DNA of 64,000 nt, from the NCBI RefSeq assembly GCF_963921235.1, contig NC_086097.1, positions 32,180,001 through 32,244,000 of the forward strand, in the 5' to 3' direction. Under the pieces are notes generated by a model, which had not been told where the DNA came from, ran no database searches, and saw only the letters and a program-made list of their open reading frames with translations. This stretch comes from Mobula hypostoma. Lineage: Eukaryota. Shown one piece after another: positions 1 through 13,050 of the stretch. Position 1 is the first letter of the stretch. Every line of letters starts with the position of its first letter. Both the position numbers and the translations under genes were made by a program.

Positions 1-841
1 TGGAACTGGGAGCAAATATGATAGAGGCATTTATGTGGGCAGAGAATGGAGGAACATGGACACTGTGTAGACAGAAGGGACTAGGTGTCCTGACAGAGAG
101 CCTTGGCCCAAAATGTCAACTGTTTATTCCTCTCTGTAGATGCTGCCTGACCTTCTGAGTTCCTCCAGGACTTTTTGTGCGTTGCTCTGGATTTGAACCT
201 GCAGAATCTCCTGTGTTTAGAGATTAGATTAGATGACCAACGTGGAAGATAGAACATTACAATACAGGCCCTTTTGCCCATGAGGTTATGTCGACCTTTC
301 AACCTACTTCAAGATCAAACTAATCATTCCCTCAAACACAACCTTCCATTTTTCTATCACCCGTGTGTCTATATAACAGTTTCTTTAAATGTCTCTAGTA
401 TACCTGCCTCTACCACCCCAGCAGAGCATTCCACACACCCACCACTCTCTGTATAAAAAACCTAACTCTGACATCCCCTCCAATCACCATCAAATTATAT
501 CCCCTTGTATTAGCCCATTTCCGCCCGGGGAAAGAATCTGGCTGTCCACACAATCAATGCTTCTTATCATCTTTTACACCTCTATCAAGTCACCTCTTAC
601 CTTCCTTCCCTCCAACAGAAAAGTCCCAGCTCGTTCAACCTCTCCTCATAAGATATGTTCTCCAGTCCAGGCAGCAGCCCGGTAATTAGTCATTAGTCAT
701 TATTTTAGTAGGTTACATCGTGGGCCAAAAAACCTGTTCGTGTCCTGCGCTGTTCTACAGTCAGTGTTGTGTGTTCTGGGTCGCCGTTAAGCAGAAACTC
801 GACCGATGCAGCCATATGGACACCCTGATCTTCCCAGTTAC

Positions 842-997
842 CTGGTGATGCTGTAGTTGTTGTTCTGCTTCCGCAAGAGGCACCAGGCTGCCGCTGTTCA
901 GCTCCGCCTGCGCCCCATCTAGCCAGTCGCTGATGCGGTGAGCGATCCTCTGCACGGCCATCTCCAACTTTAAGCGCGCATCCTGGTGAACGGTCCC
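842..997 (-). CDS. SYNE2: Nesprin exon GTVHQDARLKLEMAVQRIAHRISDWLDGAQAELNSGSLVPLAEAEQQLQHHQ
   Basis: 156 nt, phase 0-0, acceptor ccgttgcttag|, donor CAG|GTAACT; spectrin-repeat WL motif. Confidence 0.9.
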
Positions 998-1469
998 CTA
1001 AGCAACGGATAAGGATGGTCAGACCTATTCAGTGTGCAGGGGACCCGCAAGGCACGGGCTGGACATCAGCACTCTGCTCTGCCCCTCACTGAGTGAGGGA
1101 GACACTCAGTGCTCAAGGACAGTCCTGGAGCGTCAGGACAAATGAAGGAGAATGCTGCTGTTTGGGAACAGAGTACTAGCAGGGGGCTGGCGGGTTGATA
1201 AGTTGTTAAGTTTCTTAACTTTTCACAAGAGCAAAGACAGATGCATCTGGTGTCTAGGATACAGAGGATAAATCTGAGGGTGTTCTCTCCCCACACTGTC
1301 TCATCACACATTTCTGGGTTTAGACACCAAGTGACGCACCCTCCACACCATCCCATCACACACTCTTGGGGTTAGACATGAAGTGCAACTCCCTTTGCAA
1401 CATCCTATCAAACACTTGGGGGTCAGTCACAGATTGAAGCTCCCTCGAAACTCATGACGTCTCAACACT

Positions 1470-2125
1470 CTTGAAAGTGGTGTCACAAGTAGATGGGGTA
1501 ATAAAGAGAGCTTTAGGCATATTGGCCTTCATAAATAAAAATACTGAGTACAGGAGCTGGAATATTATGTTGAAGGTGTATGAGGCCTCATTTGGAGTAT
1601 TGTGTGCAGCCTGGTCACCTGTCTACAGGAAAGATGTCAATAAGATTGAAGGAGTTCAGAGAAAATTGACAAGGATATTGCTCAGACTTCAGGACATGAG
1701 TTATAGGGATAGATTGAACAGGTTAGGACTTTATTCTCTGGAGTGTAGGAGAATGAAGGGAGATTTGATAGAGGTATACAAAATTACGAGGGATATAGAT
1801 CGGGTAAATGCAAGCAGGCTTTTTCCACAGTTTTGGTGAGACTCAAACTAGAGGTTGTAGATTTAGGGTGAAAGGTGGAATATTTAAGAGGAACGTGAGG
1901 GGGAGTTTCTTCACTCAGAGGATGGTGAGAGTGTGGAACAAGCTGCCAGTGGAAGTGGTAGATGTAGGTTTGATTACAAAAAGATTTGGATAGGTGCATG
2001 GATGGGAGGGGTATGGAGGACTATAGATCAGGTGCAGGTCGATGGGACAAGGCAGACTAACAGTTTGGCATGGACTAGATGGGCAGAAGGGCCTGTTTTT
2101 ATGCTGTAGTGCATTATGACTCTAT
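1470..2125 (+). mobile_element. CR1 LINE 3' fragment
   Basis: Degenerate ORF2 C-terminus (LGLYSLECRRMKGDLIEVYKI; FFTQRMVRVWNKLP) plus 3' tail; many similar fragments occur across the window. Confidence 0.9.
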
Positions 2126-2283
2126 GACCCAGGCCCATTGGGTGGTAAGGCTCCCTCCACTGGGTGAACCAAAGCTACCCAGCTCTTGCAGAATCTCAAC
2201 CCCAGACCCAGCAGGCGGGTGGAGGGTCAGTGATCACACACCGGGAATCTGTGAGATCTCCCACTCCTCTGTCTGGGCCTCAC

Positions 2284-2325
2284 TCCCTCAGCATCACAGC
2301 CCTCTTTCTCAGCTCCCACTACATG
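2284..2325 (-). CDS. Candidate small exon HVVGAEKEGCDAEG
   Basis: 42 nt, phase 0-0, acceptor catccctttccccag|, donor GGA|GTGAGG; no homology recalled. Confidence 0.45.
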
Positions 2326-3618
2326 CTGGGGAAAGGGATGGGTGGAGCAAGGTATGGAACCCCCTGTCATTCTGTCCCACGCTGTACAACATAGAAAAAG
2401 ACCCTTTAGCTCACTTGTCCGTGCCAACCTAGATTCCTGTCTAAACTAATCCCATTTGCCTTTGTTTGGTCCGTATCCCTCGAAACCTTTCCTATCCATG
2501 TAGCTGTCCAAGTGTCTCTTAAATCCTGTTAATGTACAGTACCTGCCTGAACCACTTCCTCAGGCAGCTCGTTCCCTATACAGACCACAATCTGGGTGAA
2601 AAAAGTTACAGCTCAGGTTCTAATTTAATGTTTCCCCTCTCACTTTCAACCTACAATATGTACTCCCAACACTGGGAAACAGAATGTGCATACTGTTTCT
2701 CCTTGGAGCGGCAGAGGATGAGAGGTGACCTGATAGAGATGTATAAGATGATGAGAGGCATTGATTGTGTGGATAGTCAGAGGCTTTTTCCCAGGGCTGG
2801 AATGGCTAGAATGAGAGGGCACAGTTTTAAGGTGCTTGGAAGTAGGTACAGAGGAGGTACCAGGGGTATTTTTTTTTAAACGCAGAGAGTGCTGAGTGTG
2901 TGGAATGGGCTGCCGGCAATGGTGGTGGAGGCAGATACAATTGGGTTTTTTAAGAGACTCCTGGATAGGTACATAGAGCTTAGAAAAATAGAGGGCTATG
3001 GGTAACCCTAGGTAATTTCTAAAGTAAGTACATGTTCGGCACAGCATTGTGGGCCAAAGGGCCTGTATTGTGCTGTAGGTTTTCTATGTTTTCTTTGTTT
3101 ACTCACCCTATCTGTACCCCTTATGATTGCATACACCTTTATAAGATAAAGATCTATTTATCTGAAGATTACTTGTGTTTGTCACATCCACATGGAAACA
3201 CATAGTGAAATGAGTTGCTTGTGCCAATGACCAACATAGTCAGAGGGTGCGCCAGGCTTCTGGCGCCAACTAAGCATGCCCACAATTCACAAACCCTAAC
3301 CTGTACATCTTTAGAAGGTGGGAGGAAACCAGAGCACCCCAAGAAAATCCACGTGACCATGGAGAAAATGTACAAAACCCCTTCCTACTCTCCAGTGAAA
3401 AACATTCAAAGTTTTCAAGAGATAGATAGATTAGGGACATTTAAAAGACTCTTAGACAGGCTTATGGGTGATAGAAAAATGGGAGGGAAGGGTTCGATTG
3501 ACCTTGGAGTAGGTTAAAAGGTCGGCAAAGCACTGTAGGCCAAAGGGCCTGTTCTGTTCTACATTTTCTCAAACTTTCTCCGAGTCCCAGCAAGATTCCT
3601 GCAACTCTCTTCAGATAC

Positions 3619-3696
3619 CAGCTGACGGGAAACATTTGCTAACGTTACAGGGTAATGGGTTAGGAGATCTGTGAATCTATCAGGTCCCTGGCGTTC
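3619..3696 (-). CDS. SYNE2: Nesprin exon ERQGPDRFTDLLTHYPVTLANVSRQL
   Basis: 78 nt, phase 0-0, acceptor ttgccgttccctcag|, weaker donor CTG|GTATCT. Confidence 0.6.
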
Positions 3697-4053
3697 CTGA
3701 GGGAACGGCAAGACATCCCAATGTGCTGTTAAAATCACAATAAGCTCTCCCCATCTGAGATCATTACTTAGGGCAGAGCTCCCTCTCATGTTGAAGCACA
3801 ATAAGATCACCTTACCCAGCCTCCCAGCAGACACTTCATTTGTCAACATACAGTGAGATGCGTCGTTCGCTTCAGCAACCAACACAGTCCGAGGACCGTA
3901 CACAGCCTACAAGTGTCACTATGCTCCCGGGACTGGAGCAGGGAGAACAGGGAGGGGATGGAGGGAGGAATAGAGAAGAGGGGGAAGTGGGAAGGGAGGG
4001 GTCAGGAGTCAGACCAGCACCAATCTTTCTCTCCCTGCCAGGCTGTTACTGAC

Positions 4054-4210
4054 CTGTGACCCTTGACTTTGTTGGAGAAAATCTTCCAGAAGCTTTGCCA
4101 AGTCCTGGTTCTGACGTCGGAGATGTTGCCACATTACAGCCAACGATGGGGACGCCTCGTCTGGGCCCACAGGGGTTGCGATCCCAAGGGATTCAGGGTC
4201 ACCATGGTCT
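4054..4210 (-). CDS. SYNE2: Nesprin exon DHGDPESLGIATPVGPDEASPSLAVMWQHLRRQNQDLAKLLEDFLQQSQGSQ
   Basis: 157 nt, phase 2-0, acceptor gtccctcacag|, donor CAG|GTCAGT. Confidence 0.85.
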
Positions 4211-5994
4211 CTGTGAGGGACACACACCATCAAGTCAGCAAAGTCACCCCGACCTCATCTCCCTCACTCCCCCCCACCCATCCCCCTCTCCGACCTCCCT
4301 CCTCAAGCATCCAGCCCCTCCCCTCCACCTCTCTCTTGCATCCCCCACCTCTCTTTGCCACTCCTCAGTAGACACAGATGTCCATCACACCATGATAGAC
4401 CCTTCACTTCCACCCCCCATGCCTAACCACTGGTCCTGGTGTACAGTGGTCAGTGTTCAGTGCACCTCTCCAGACCCAGGTTCCCATGAAAGCCCTGGGA
4501 ATTCTGCTCTCCCAGGCGTTTCCCTCGGGATCAGACAGTGCCCATCTGCCAAACCCTACCTCCCTCCCCCTTACCCCCACTATCCCAGTCATGCTTCATC
4601 ACAGAAACCAACCTCTCCTCCATGGACTCTCTCTAATTCTCGCTGTCTCAGTAAAGAAGCCAGCATAATCAAAGACCCCTCCCAGCTCAGACACTCTCTC
4701 TTCTCCCCTCTTCTATTGGGCAGAAGATACAAAAGCCTGAAGGCACGAACCAACAGGCTCAAGGACAGCTTCCACCCTGACTGTTACAAAACGCTTGAAT
4801 GGTCTGCTGGCATGATAAAATGGACTTCTGACCTCAAAATCCACCTCGTTATAGCCTTGCACCTTATCAGTTACCAGGATTGCAATTTTTCTGCAACTGT
4901 AACACATTTTTCTGCATTCTGTTATTGTTTCCTGTTGTAATGAATCCATCTGTATGGATGGCATGCAAGACAAAGTTTCTGGTGGTATCTTGGTACACGA
5001 TTACCAATTTCCCCTAAACACAAGAGAATCCACAGATGCTGGATATCTTGAGTAACACACACAAAATGCTGGAGGAGCGTAGCAGGTCAGACAGCATTTA
5101 TGGAGGGGTGGACGTTCAAAGGATCAAAGTGTACAACTCTGAAATTCTTCTTGATGTTGATTCAAATGCGACATTGAAGAGAAGTTTGGATAGGTACTTG
5201 GATAGGAGGGGTAGGGAGGGCTTTGGTCTGGGTGCTAGTCGATGGAACCAGGCAGAATAACAGTTCAGCAAGGGTGAGATGGGCCGAAGGGCCTGGCTGT
5301 GAGCTTCATGCTCTATGATTCTATATGCCTCGGAGTGAAATCTGCCTGTCAATCACAGGAAACCCAGTCTCACTGGGATAGGACTGGAATCGGTTTATTA
5401 CTGTCACATGCACTACGATACAGGAAGTTTTTGTTTTCCTGGCCATCCAGACATGATCATTTCATACGTAATTACATTGAGGTAGTAAAAAGGATTCCGA
5501 ATGCAGAACGTAGTACTACAATTGCAGAAAAAGTGCAGTGCAGGTAAACAATAAGGTACAAGCACATTAAGCAAGTATATTGTGAGGTCCTTTCATACCA
5601 GGAGACAGTGCATTGAGGTAGAACTAGGTTAGACAATAGCAATACAGAAAAGAGTGTAACAATTACAGAGAAAGTGCAGTGCAGGCAGACAATAAGGGGC
5701 AAGACCATAATGAGATAGACTGTGAGGTCAAGAGTCTATCTTATCATACTTGGGGGCCTCTCAGTAGTCTGATAAAGTCTGGTGACAGTGGGATAGAAGC
5801 TGTGTTTGAACCTGGTGGTACATGCTTTCAGGCTTTTGTATCTTCTGTATGGAGGCATGATTTCTAGTTATTGATACGACAGGGATCCCAGTAAATCCGG
5901 GTGGGATCCCACTTGGCAGAAGGGTTACTGGGCATCTCCTGATTGATACACCCACTGAAACGGACCAGTCAATCTGAATGGGAGGTGAGGGGAG

Positions 5995-8294
5995 TAATGA
6001 ATTAAAAGTATTATATATGAATGCACGGAGTATAGGAAATAAAGTAGATGAGCTTGAGGCACAGTTGGAAATTGGTAAGTATGATGTGGGAATAACAGAG
6101 ACATAGCTTCAAGTGGACAGGGCCTGGGAAATGAATATTCAAGGTATACGTCCTATCAAAAGGACAGACTGATGGGCAGAGGGGGTGGGGTGGCTCTGTT
6201 GGTGAGGAATGATATTCAGTCCCTTGTGAGGAGGGACATAGAATCAGGAGACGTAGAGTCAGTAAGGGAAGGCTGTGGCTGACCAGGGAAGTAATGGACA
6301 GTATAAAAATAAAAGAGAAGTATAACGTAGCAAAGACGAGTTGGAAACTGGAGGATTGGGAAACTTTTAAAGAGCAACAGAAGGTAACTAAAAAGGCAAT
6401 ACGTGGAGAAAAAATGAGGTACGAAGGTAAACTAGCCAAGAATATAAAGGAGGATAGTAAAAACTTCTTTAGGTATGTGAAAAGGAAAAAAATAGTTAAG
6501 ACCAAAATTGGGCCCTTGAAGACAGAAGCGGGTGAATTTATAATGGGGACCAAGGAAATGGCAGACGAGTTGAACAGGTACTTTGGATCTGACTTCACTA
6601 GGGAAGACACAAACAATCTCCCAGATGTAATAGTGGCCAAAGGACCGAGGGTAATGGATGAACTGAAGGAAATTTATATTAGGCAGGAAATGGTGTTGGA
6701 TAGACTGTTGGGTCTGAAGGCTGATAAGTCCCCGGGACCTGATGGTCTGCATCCCAGGGTACTTAAGGAGGTGGCTTTAGAAATCGTGGACGCATTGGTA
6801 ATCATTTTCCAATGTTCTATAGATTCAGGATCAGCTCCTGTGGATTGGAGGGTGGCTAATGTTGTCCCTCTCTTCAAGAAGGGAGGAAGAGAAAAAACAG
6901 GGAATTATAAACCGGTTAGCCTGACGTCGGTGGTGGGAAAGATGCTGGAGTCAATCATAAAAGATGAAATTACGACACATCTGGAGAGCAGTAACAGGAT
7001 CGGTCCGAGTCAGCATGGATTTACAAAGCGGAAATCGTGCTTGACTAATCTTTTGGAACTTTTTGAGGATGTAACCATGAAAATGGACAAGGGAGAGCCA
7101 GTGGATGTAGTGTACCTGGACTTTCAGAAAGCCTTTGATAAAGTCCCACATAGGAGATTAGTGGGCAAAATTAGGGCACATGGTATTGGGGACAGAGTAC
7201 TGACATGGATTGAAAATTGGCTGGCTGACAGAAAACAAAGTAGTGATTAACGGGTCCCTTTCGGAATGGCAGGCGGTGACCAGTGGGGTACCACAGGGTT
7301 CAGTGCTAGGACCGCAGCTGTTTACAATATATATTAATGACTTAGATGAGGGAATTAAAAGTGACATTAGCAAATTTGCCAATGACACAAAGTTGGGTGG
7401 CAGTGTGAAATGTGAGGAGGATGTTATGAGAATGCAGGGTGACTTGGACAGGCTGGGTGAGTGGGCAGATGCAGTTTAATGTGGATAAATGTGAGGTTGT
7501 CCACTTTGGTGGTAAGAACAGGAAGGCAGATTATTATCTAAATGGAGTCAAGTTAGAAAAAGGGGAAGTACAACGAGATCTAGGTGTTCTTGTACATCAG
7601 TCACTGAAAGCAAACATGCAAGTACATCAGGCAGTGAAGAAAGCTAATGGCATGCTGGCCTTCATAACAAGGGGAATTGAGTAGAAGAGCAAAGAGGTCC
7701 TTCTGCAGCTGTACAGGGCCCTGGTGAGACCACACCTGGAGTATTGTGTGCAGTTTTGGTCTCCAAATTTGAGGAAGGACATTCTTGCTATTGAGAGAGT
7801 GCAGCGTATGTTCACAAGGTTAACTCCCGGGATGGCGGGACTGTCATATGTTGAAAGATTGGAGCGACTGGGCTTGTATACTCTGGAATTTAGAAGGCTG
7901 AGAAGGGATCTTATTGAAACATATAAGATTATTAAGGGATTGGACACGCTGGAGGCAGGAAGCATGTTCCCGCTGATGGGTGAGTCCAGAACCAGAGGCC
8001 ACAGTTTAAGAATAAGGGGTAGGCCATTCAGAACGGAGTTGAGCAAAAACTTTTTCACCCAGAGAGTGGTGGACATATGGAATGCTCTGCCCCAGAAGGC
8101 TGCGGAGGTCAAGTGTCTGGATGCTTTCAAGAAAGAGATGGATAGAGCTCTTAAAGATAGTGAATTCAAAGGTTATGGGGATAAGGCAGGAACTGGATAC
8201 TGATTGTGGATGATCAGCTATGATCACAGTGAATGGCGGTGCTGGCTCGAAGGGCCGAATGGTCTACTCCTGCACCTATTGTCTATTCTCTATA
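5995..8294 (+). mobile_element. CR1 LINE ORF2 (endonuclease N-terminus joined to RT by an internal deletion near 6265) plus 3' UTR
   Basis: KVLYMNARSI.. endonuclease start; KSPGPDG, QHGF, YLDFQKAFDKVPH, GVPQGSVLGP, FANDTK motifs; frameshifts and stops. Confidence 0.95.
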
Positions 8295-8362
8295 ATTCCC
8301 ACTGCGTCTGACTGAAGGATATACCATCAGTCCTGGCCAGGGACATGGGTGCTGATCCATAC

Positions 8363-8481
8363 CTCGTGATGTGAATAGGTGAGCTAGGCTCCTCTCCAAG
8401 AGGACTCTGCCCCGTGGTCTTGTTCTGCTGGGTGATCACCTCTGTGGGACACGTCAGTTCTGTCAGCTCAGTCTCCCACTC
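8363..8481 (-). CDS. SYNE2: Nesprin exon EWETELTELTCPTEVITQQNKTTGQSPLGEEPSSPIHIT(R)
   Basis: 119 nt, phase 0-2, acceptor cttatttctag|, donor GAG|GTATGG; phase matches the exon at 4210. Confidence 0.8.
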
Positions 8482-9110
8482 CTAGAAATAAGACATCAAC
8501 ATCAGGAATCACAATGTGAGCCTCCTACATCAGGAATTCGCACAGTGATACGACAGGACACAATATATAGAACACTTCAGCACAGGGTAGTCCCTTTGCT
8601 CCACGATGTTGTGCTGGCCCTTTTACCTAATCTGACCCTACCCTCTCACATAGCCCTCCATCTTGCTATCATCCATGTGCCTAATGTATCTGCCTCCACT
8701 GCCAACCCTGGCAGCACATTCCACGCACCCACCGGTCTCTGTGTAAAAGAAATCTACCTCTGACATCCTCCCTACACTTTCCTCCAATGACTGTTAAACT
8801 ATGCCCTTTGTATTAGCCATTTCCACCCTGGGGAAAAAGTTTCTGGCTGTCCACTTTATCTATGCCTCTCATCCTGTTCTATATCTTCATCAAGTCACCT
8901 CTCATCCTCCTGTGATCTAAAGAGAAAACCTCCAGCTCGCTCACCCTATCCGAATAAGACATTCTCTCTAATCCTGGTAAGTCTCCTCTACAACCTCTCT
9001 AAACGTCCACCTCCTGCCAGCGTGGGGGGGGGGGGGGTCCTTGATGTGTGCACAGGTGCAATGAAAAACTTACTTGCAACAGCATCACAGGCACATAGCA
9101 TCAAATAAAC

Positions 9111-11100
9111 GGGGGGTGTCACATGATGACGTGGGATTGAGACGTGTAAATCCAGCTCTCCCGTAAAAAATCAGCAAAGTACCGTTTAAACAAAGTTAAT
9201 AAATACTTTCCGAAAACTACTTATAAACTTCGTAAGACTACTCTACGATATGCCTCGTAACCGCAACAGAAGAAGTCTGTTGTTGTGAAGTCGCCACGAG
9301 ATGGGAAGAGAAAAGGGCCGACTGCAGCGATGGAGCCTCGGATTCAGGTTGGATCTCCTTCGGAGGAGACGCATTTTATCTCTGGCGTAGAACAGGGAGC
9401 AATGGCGGCAGTAGCGGTCTCTCGGAAGAAGATGTCGACACAACTTAAACTACAAGAACCGACGGCCACTGCAACTGAAAGTGACTCAGAGTCAGAACTG
9501 GATATTGCAGAGAATGCAGATGAAGAAGAGGAGGAAGAACTGGAAGAGACTGGAAGTAAAACAGACGACAGAGACATAAGAGAGGCTTTATTGCAATTAA
9601 CGGCTGAACTAAGAAAATTAAGAACAGAGCTTAGAGACGTGAAGATGTGCTATGATAAAGCTATGAAAAGACAGGATAATATGGATAAGAAACTTCAGAA
9701 GATGGAAAGAACAATGGAGCAAATTAACGATAGAGTGGAAAAAACAGAAAATGATGTGCTTGTCTGGAACACGGAAAGAAATCGACTCTTGGAGAAAGTG
9801 GATGTGTTGGAAAATTTTAGTAGACGTAATAATATTAAAATTGTTGGTCTTAAAGAAGGTATAGAGGGAGACAATCCAATAGAATTTTTTCAAAGATGGA
9901 TCCCAAAAACCTTGCAAATGAAAGAGGAAGACCGATCAATTGAAATTGAGTGGGTACATAGAGCTCTAAGACCAAAACCACAAGATGACCAATATCCACG
10001 ATCAATTTTAATAAAATTCTTAAGATTTCAAGACAAAGAAAGGATTCTACAGGCAGCATCCCAAGCTGCCAAGAAGAGAAAAGGGCCACTGATGATAGAA
10101 GGGAAGAAAATCTTTTTCTACCCTGACATAAGTTATGAACTTTTGAAGAGAAGGAAGAAATTTAATCCAGTGAAAAAAGCCCTATGGGATCACGGTTATC
10201 AATTTATATTGCGTTATCCTGCAACCTTGAAGATTTTTTTGCCTGGTGGAGAAAAAAGATTTTTTGACGATTACCAGAAAGCGGAGGATTTTGTGCGAGA
10301 TTCTTTGAATATTCACCAGATACAAGAACAAACCCAGGGAAGTGAGATGGATTGAAGATGAAGACTGGATTAGGACTGTTGGATTTTTAGGCAGATGAAT
10401 ATATAAATATATTATTAATTATATGAAGGAGGGGAAGAAAGGTTAAAATTTAAGGAATATTAGCTGGGAATAAGGACATTAATTTTTTTATATATATATA
10501 CAATTTTTTGTTACGGGGGAGCTGGAGGAAATACTGACCAATCGCTACGTTATTCATATGTGCAAGCGTGGCAATAGCCACGACCCGCACAATGGAGGGG
10601 GGTAGTGTTGTGTATCTTTTCATTCACAACATTAGTGGGGGGGTGGTATTTTGTTTTTTCTTTTTTTGTATCTTATCTAACTTTTTTTTCTTTTTGCCTG
10701 GATGATTAGGAGGGAAACACATAGCAACATGGTGAAGTTCAAAGAGATTCCCCAGGGAACTATGAGAGTTGAGAAGCTAAGTAATGTTTTAGATTTTAAG
10801 AGATAAATATGAAACATTTTTGAATATTTGGAGCTCTTATTTACAGCTCCGATGATGAAGATCTTGGTTCCTTGGGGAAAGTAACAAATATATATTAAAT
10901 TTATTTTTAATCCCATGGACCATGTGCAAACTTTCTAATATTCAGGCGATCCTTTTTTTTTCTTTTTTTCTTTTCTCTTTAGGTAGGAGTATATATCAGA
11001 GGGGGGAGGGTTAAGGGGAGCGGGGAGGGTAGATATTATTTTCTCATGTATTCACTTTGAAAACTCAATAAAAATTATATATATAACCACAAAAAAGATA
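9111..11100 (+). mobile_element. L1-clade element carrying ORF1 only (HAL1-like or ORF2-deleted)
   Basis: G-rich 5' end, 5' UTR, ORF1, about 730 nt of downstream sequence ending in AATAAA and an A-rich tail; it interrupts an older LINE tail. Confidence 0.85.
9285..10355 (+). CDS. LINE-1 ORF1p (coiled coil, RRM, CTD)
   Basis: ENFSRRNNIKIVGLKEG, HRA..PRSILIKFLRFQDKERIL, FYPDIS and YPATLKI motifs; the probable true ATG at 9250 is out of frame by one base. Confidence 0.9.
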   Translation: MKSPRDGKRKGPTAAMEPRIQVGSPSEETHFISGVEQGAMAAVAVSRKKMSTQLKLQEPTATATESDSESELDIAENADEEEEEELEETGSKTDDRDIREALLQLTAELRKLRTELRDVKMCYDKAMKRQDNMDKKLQKMERTMEQINDRVEKTENDVLVWNTERNRLLEKVDVLENFSRRNNIKIVGLKEGIEGDNPIEFFQRWIPKTLQMKEEDRSIEIEWVHRALRPKPQDDQYPRSILIKFLRFQDKERILQAASQAAKKRKGPLMIEGKKIFFYPDISYELLKRRKKFNPVKKALWDHGYQFILRYPATLKIFLPGGEKRFFDDYQKAEDFVRDSLNIHQIQEQTQGSEMD

Positions 11101-11310
11101 AGCAGCGTACACATGGAAAACACAAGCATAAATTAAACACAGGTTTTACTAGACAGAACAGCAGTAGAACAAAAGCAAATCCATTTTAGTTCAAAGTGAT
11201 CAGAGAGACCTGGTGTTGTTGTACTGAGGCTGTGATTAGGGTTGGCAAGGGGGAGGGTGGTGCAGAGGCCCAGCTGCCTGCAGTCAGTCGGGGCCCGCAG
11301 GTGAGCGTAC

Positions 11311-11475
11311 CTGTGAGGGAATCTGCTCCTGAGCCAGCTGAGCCTGCGTTGCCAGCAGATTGCCCCGCAGAGAGGCCAGCCGTTCCGACAGTGATGCCAG
11401 CTGTGAGCCAACACCCTGCTCCAGGTTTGCCTCCGTCAGCTGCTCCACTTTCTCCTCGATCTCCGCCAGTGTATC
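11311..11475 (-). CDS. SYNE2: Nesprin exon DTLAEIEEKVEQLTEANLEQGVGSQLASLSERLASLRGNLLATQAQLAQEQIPSQ
   Basis: 165 nt, phase 0-0, acceptor cccttgctcacag|, donor CAG|GTACGC; matches the nesprin LxEIExKV motif; this frame is missing from the ORF track. Confidence 0.9.
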
Positions 11476-12402
11476 CTGTGAGCAAGGGTGAGAGCTCTGT
11501 TACCTGGCACACATTACAGCCCAGTGCAACGCCGCTGACCGTAACGGCCCAGCGCGACACCGTTGACCGTGACGGCCCAGAGCGACGCCAGCGCCCGTTA
11601 CGGCCCAGTGTAACACCAGTGCCCACTACAGCCCAGTGTGATGCCAATGCCTGTTACAGCTAGTACAGCGCCAGCACCCATAACAGACCAGGTTCCATTA
11701 CAATTCAGTGCAACAGTGCCTGTTACAGCCCAGTACACAGTATCTATTAAGAGCCTAGTGCTACCTGGACATCTGTCACTCCCAAATACAACAAACACCA
11801 GTGATCTAACACAGCGGCCCCTATGAACAGCAAGAATGTGGCACCCATTTGGTGCACAGGATGATCTCATACAGAGGAGGGCACCTGGACTGAGAAGGTA
11901 CACTGGTAATGGCTGAGCTGAACATCGAGACAGACACCAGGTAAATGTTCCCATTCTTCCTCTGATCAACTAAATCCTTGTATGTATGCACTTATTTATT
12001 TAGCAGTACAGCATGGAGTACAGCCTTCCGGCCACACCACCCCGATTAACCCTAACCTAATCACGGGATAGTTTACAATGACCAATTAGCTTTACTCCGG
12101 TACATCTCTGGACTGTGGGAGGGAAACGGAGCACCCAGGGAAAACTTATGTTTGTAGGATAGACTGAAGTTTAAACCACCATTTACAACGCTACCCCTAC
12201 CACAATGTGACTGCCCCCCCAGTACTGCAACTCCCCCACAGTGTGACCCTCCCTCAGTACCTCCTCTCCCAGTGAGACCTTCTCTCAGTACCATCCGTCC
12301 CACAGTGTGACCCTCTCTCAGTATCACCTCTCCCAGTGAGACCCTCTCTCAGTACCACCTCTCCCACAGTGTGACTCTCCCTCAGTACCAACCCTCCCAC
12401 GA

Positions 12403-12750
12403 TTTTTTTTACAAAAATACCTTTATTACAAGTTATTTCTACCATGTTACAAAATGCTGTTACAAACACACAGACACAAACTAGATTAAATTAAAATGCT
12501 CTAATCTCTATCAAGGATCATATTTATCCCCTATGGTGTCGAACGGTCCTGGAACACCTCTGCGGACCTGTGGACACCATGCGTTCCCTCTCCACACTCA
12601 CCCGACACTGATGTGTCCCTGGCACATGCCAGGCAGTCCACCAGGTGGAAGCCTTCACTGCCCGCATCGAGGAATCATGGGTAGCTATCTTTACCAGCCC
12701 CAGCAGCAAGTTTACTAGGAGATCCTCATCCCTCCTTGCTGATCGCCTAT
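12403..12750 (-). mobile_element. Tx1-like non-LTR element 3' fragment
   Basis: DLLVNLLLGLVKIA, typical of the Tx1 ORF2 C-terminus, followed by AATAAA and poly(A) on the minus strand. Confidence 0.65.
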
Positions 12751-12834
12751 GAGGCCCTCAGTCAATACTGCACCAGCATTCACGCGGTTCTCTGCTGTGG
12801 GTATCCCAGTCTCTGCACTGCGACTTGGAGAAGA

Positions 12835-13050
12835 GCGAGTGAGTGTGAGTGTGTGTTTGTGCATGTGCGAGTGTGTGAGTGTGTGTGCATGTGTGAGTGT
12901 GAGTGTGTGTGTGTGAGAGTGAGAGTGTGTGAGAGTGTGAGAGAGTGTGAGAGAGTGTGAGAGTGAGTGTGAGAGTGTGAAAGTGAGAGTGAGAGTGAGT
13001 GAGAGAGAGTGAGTGAGGAGTGAGTGAGAGTGACAGAGAGTGTGAGTGTG
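12835..13050. repeat. Compound (GT)/(GA) microsatellite
   Basis: Directly visible. Confidence 0.95.

Noticed and set aside
4056..4940. 294-aa plus-strand ORF
   Set aside because: Composite of an antisense exon, low-complexity DNA and a Rex-type LINE tail
5929..5973. Possible 45-nt phase 2-2 cassette exon after a good pyrimidine tract
   Set aside because: Weak donor (CCA|GTAACC) and no nesprin similarity
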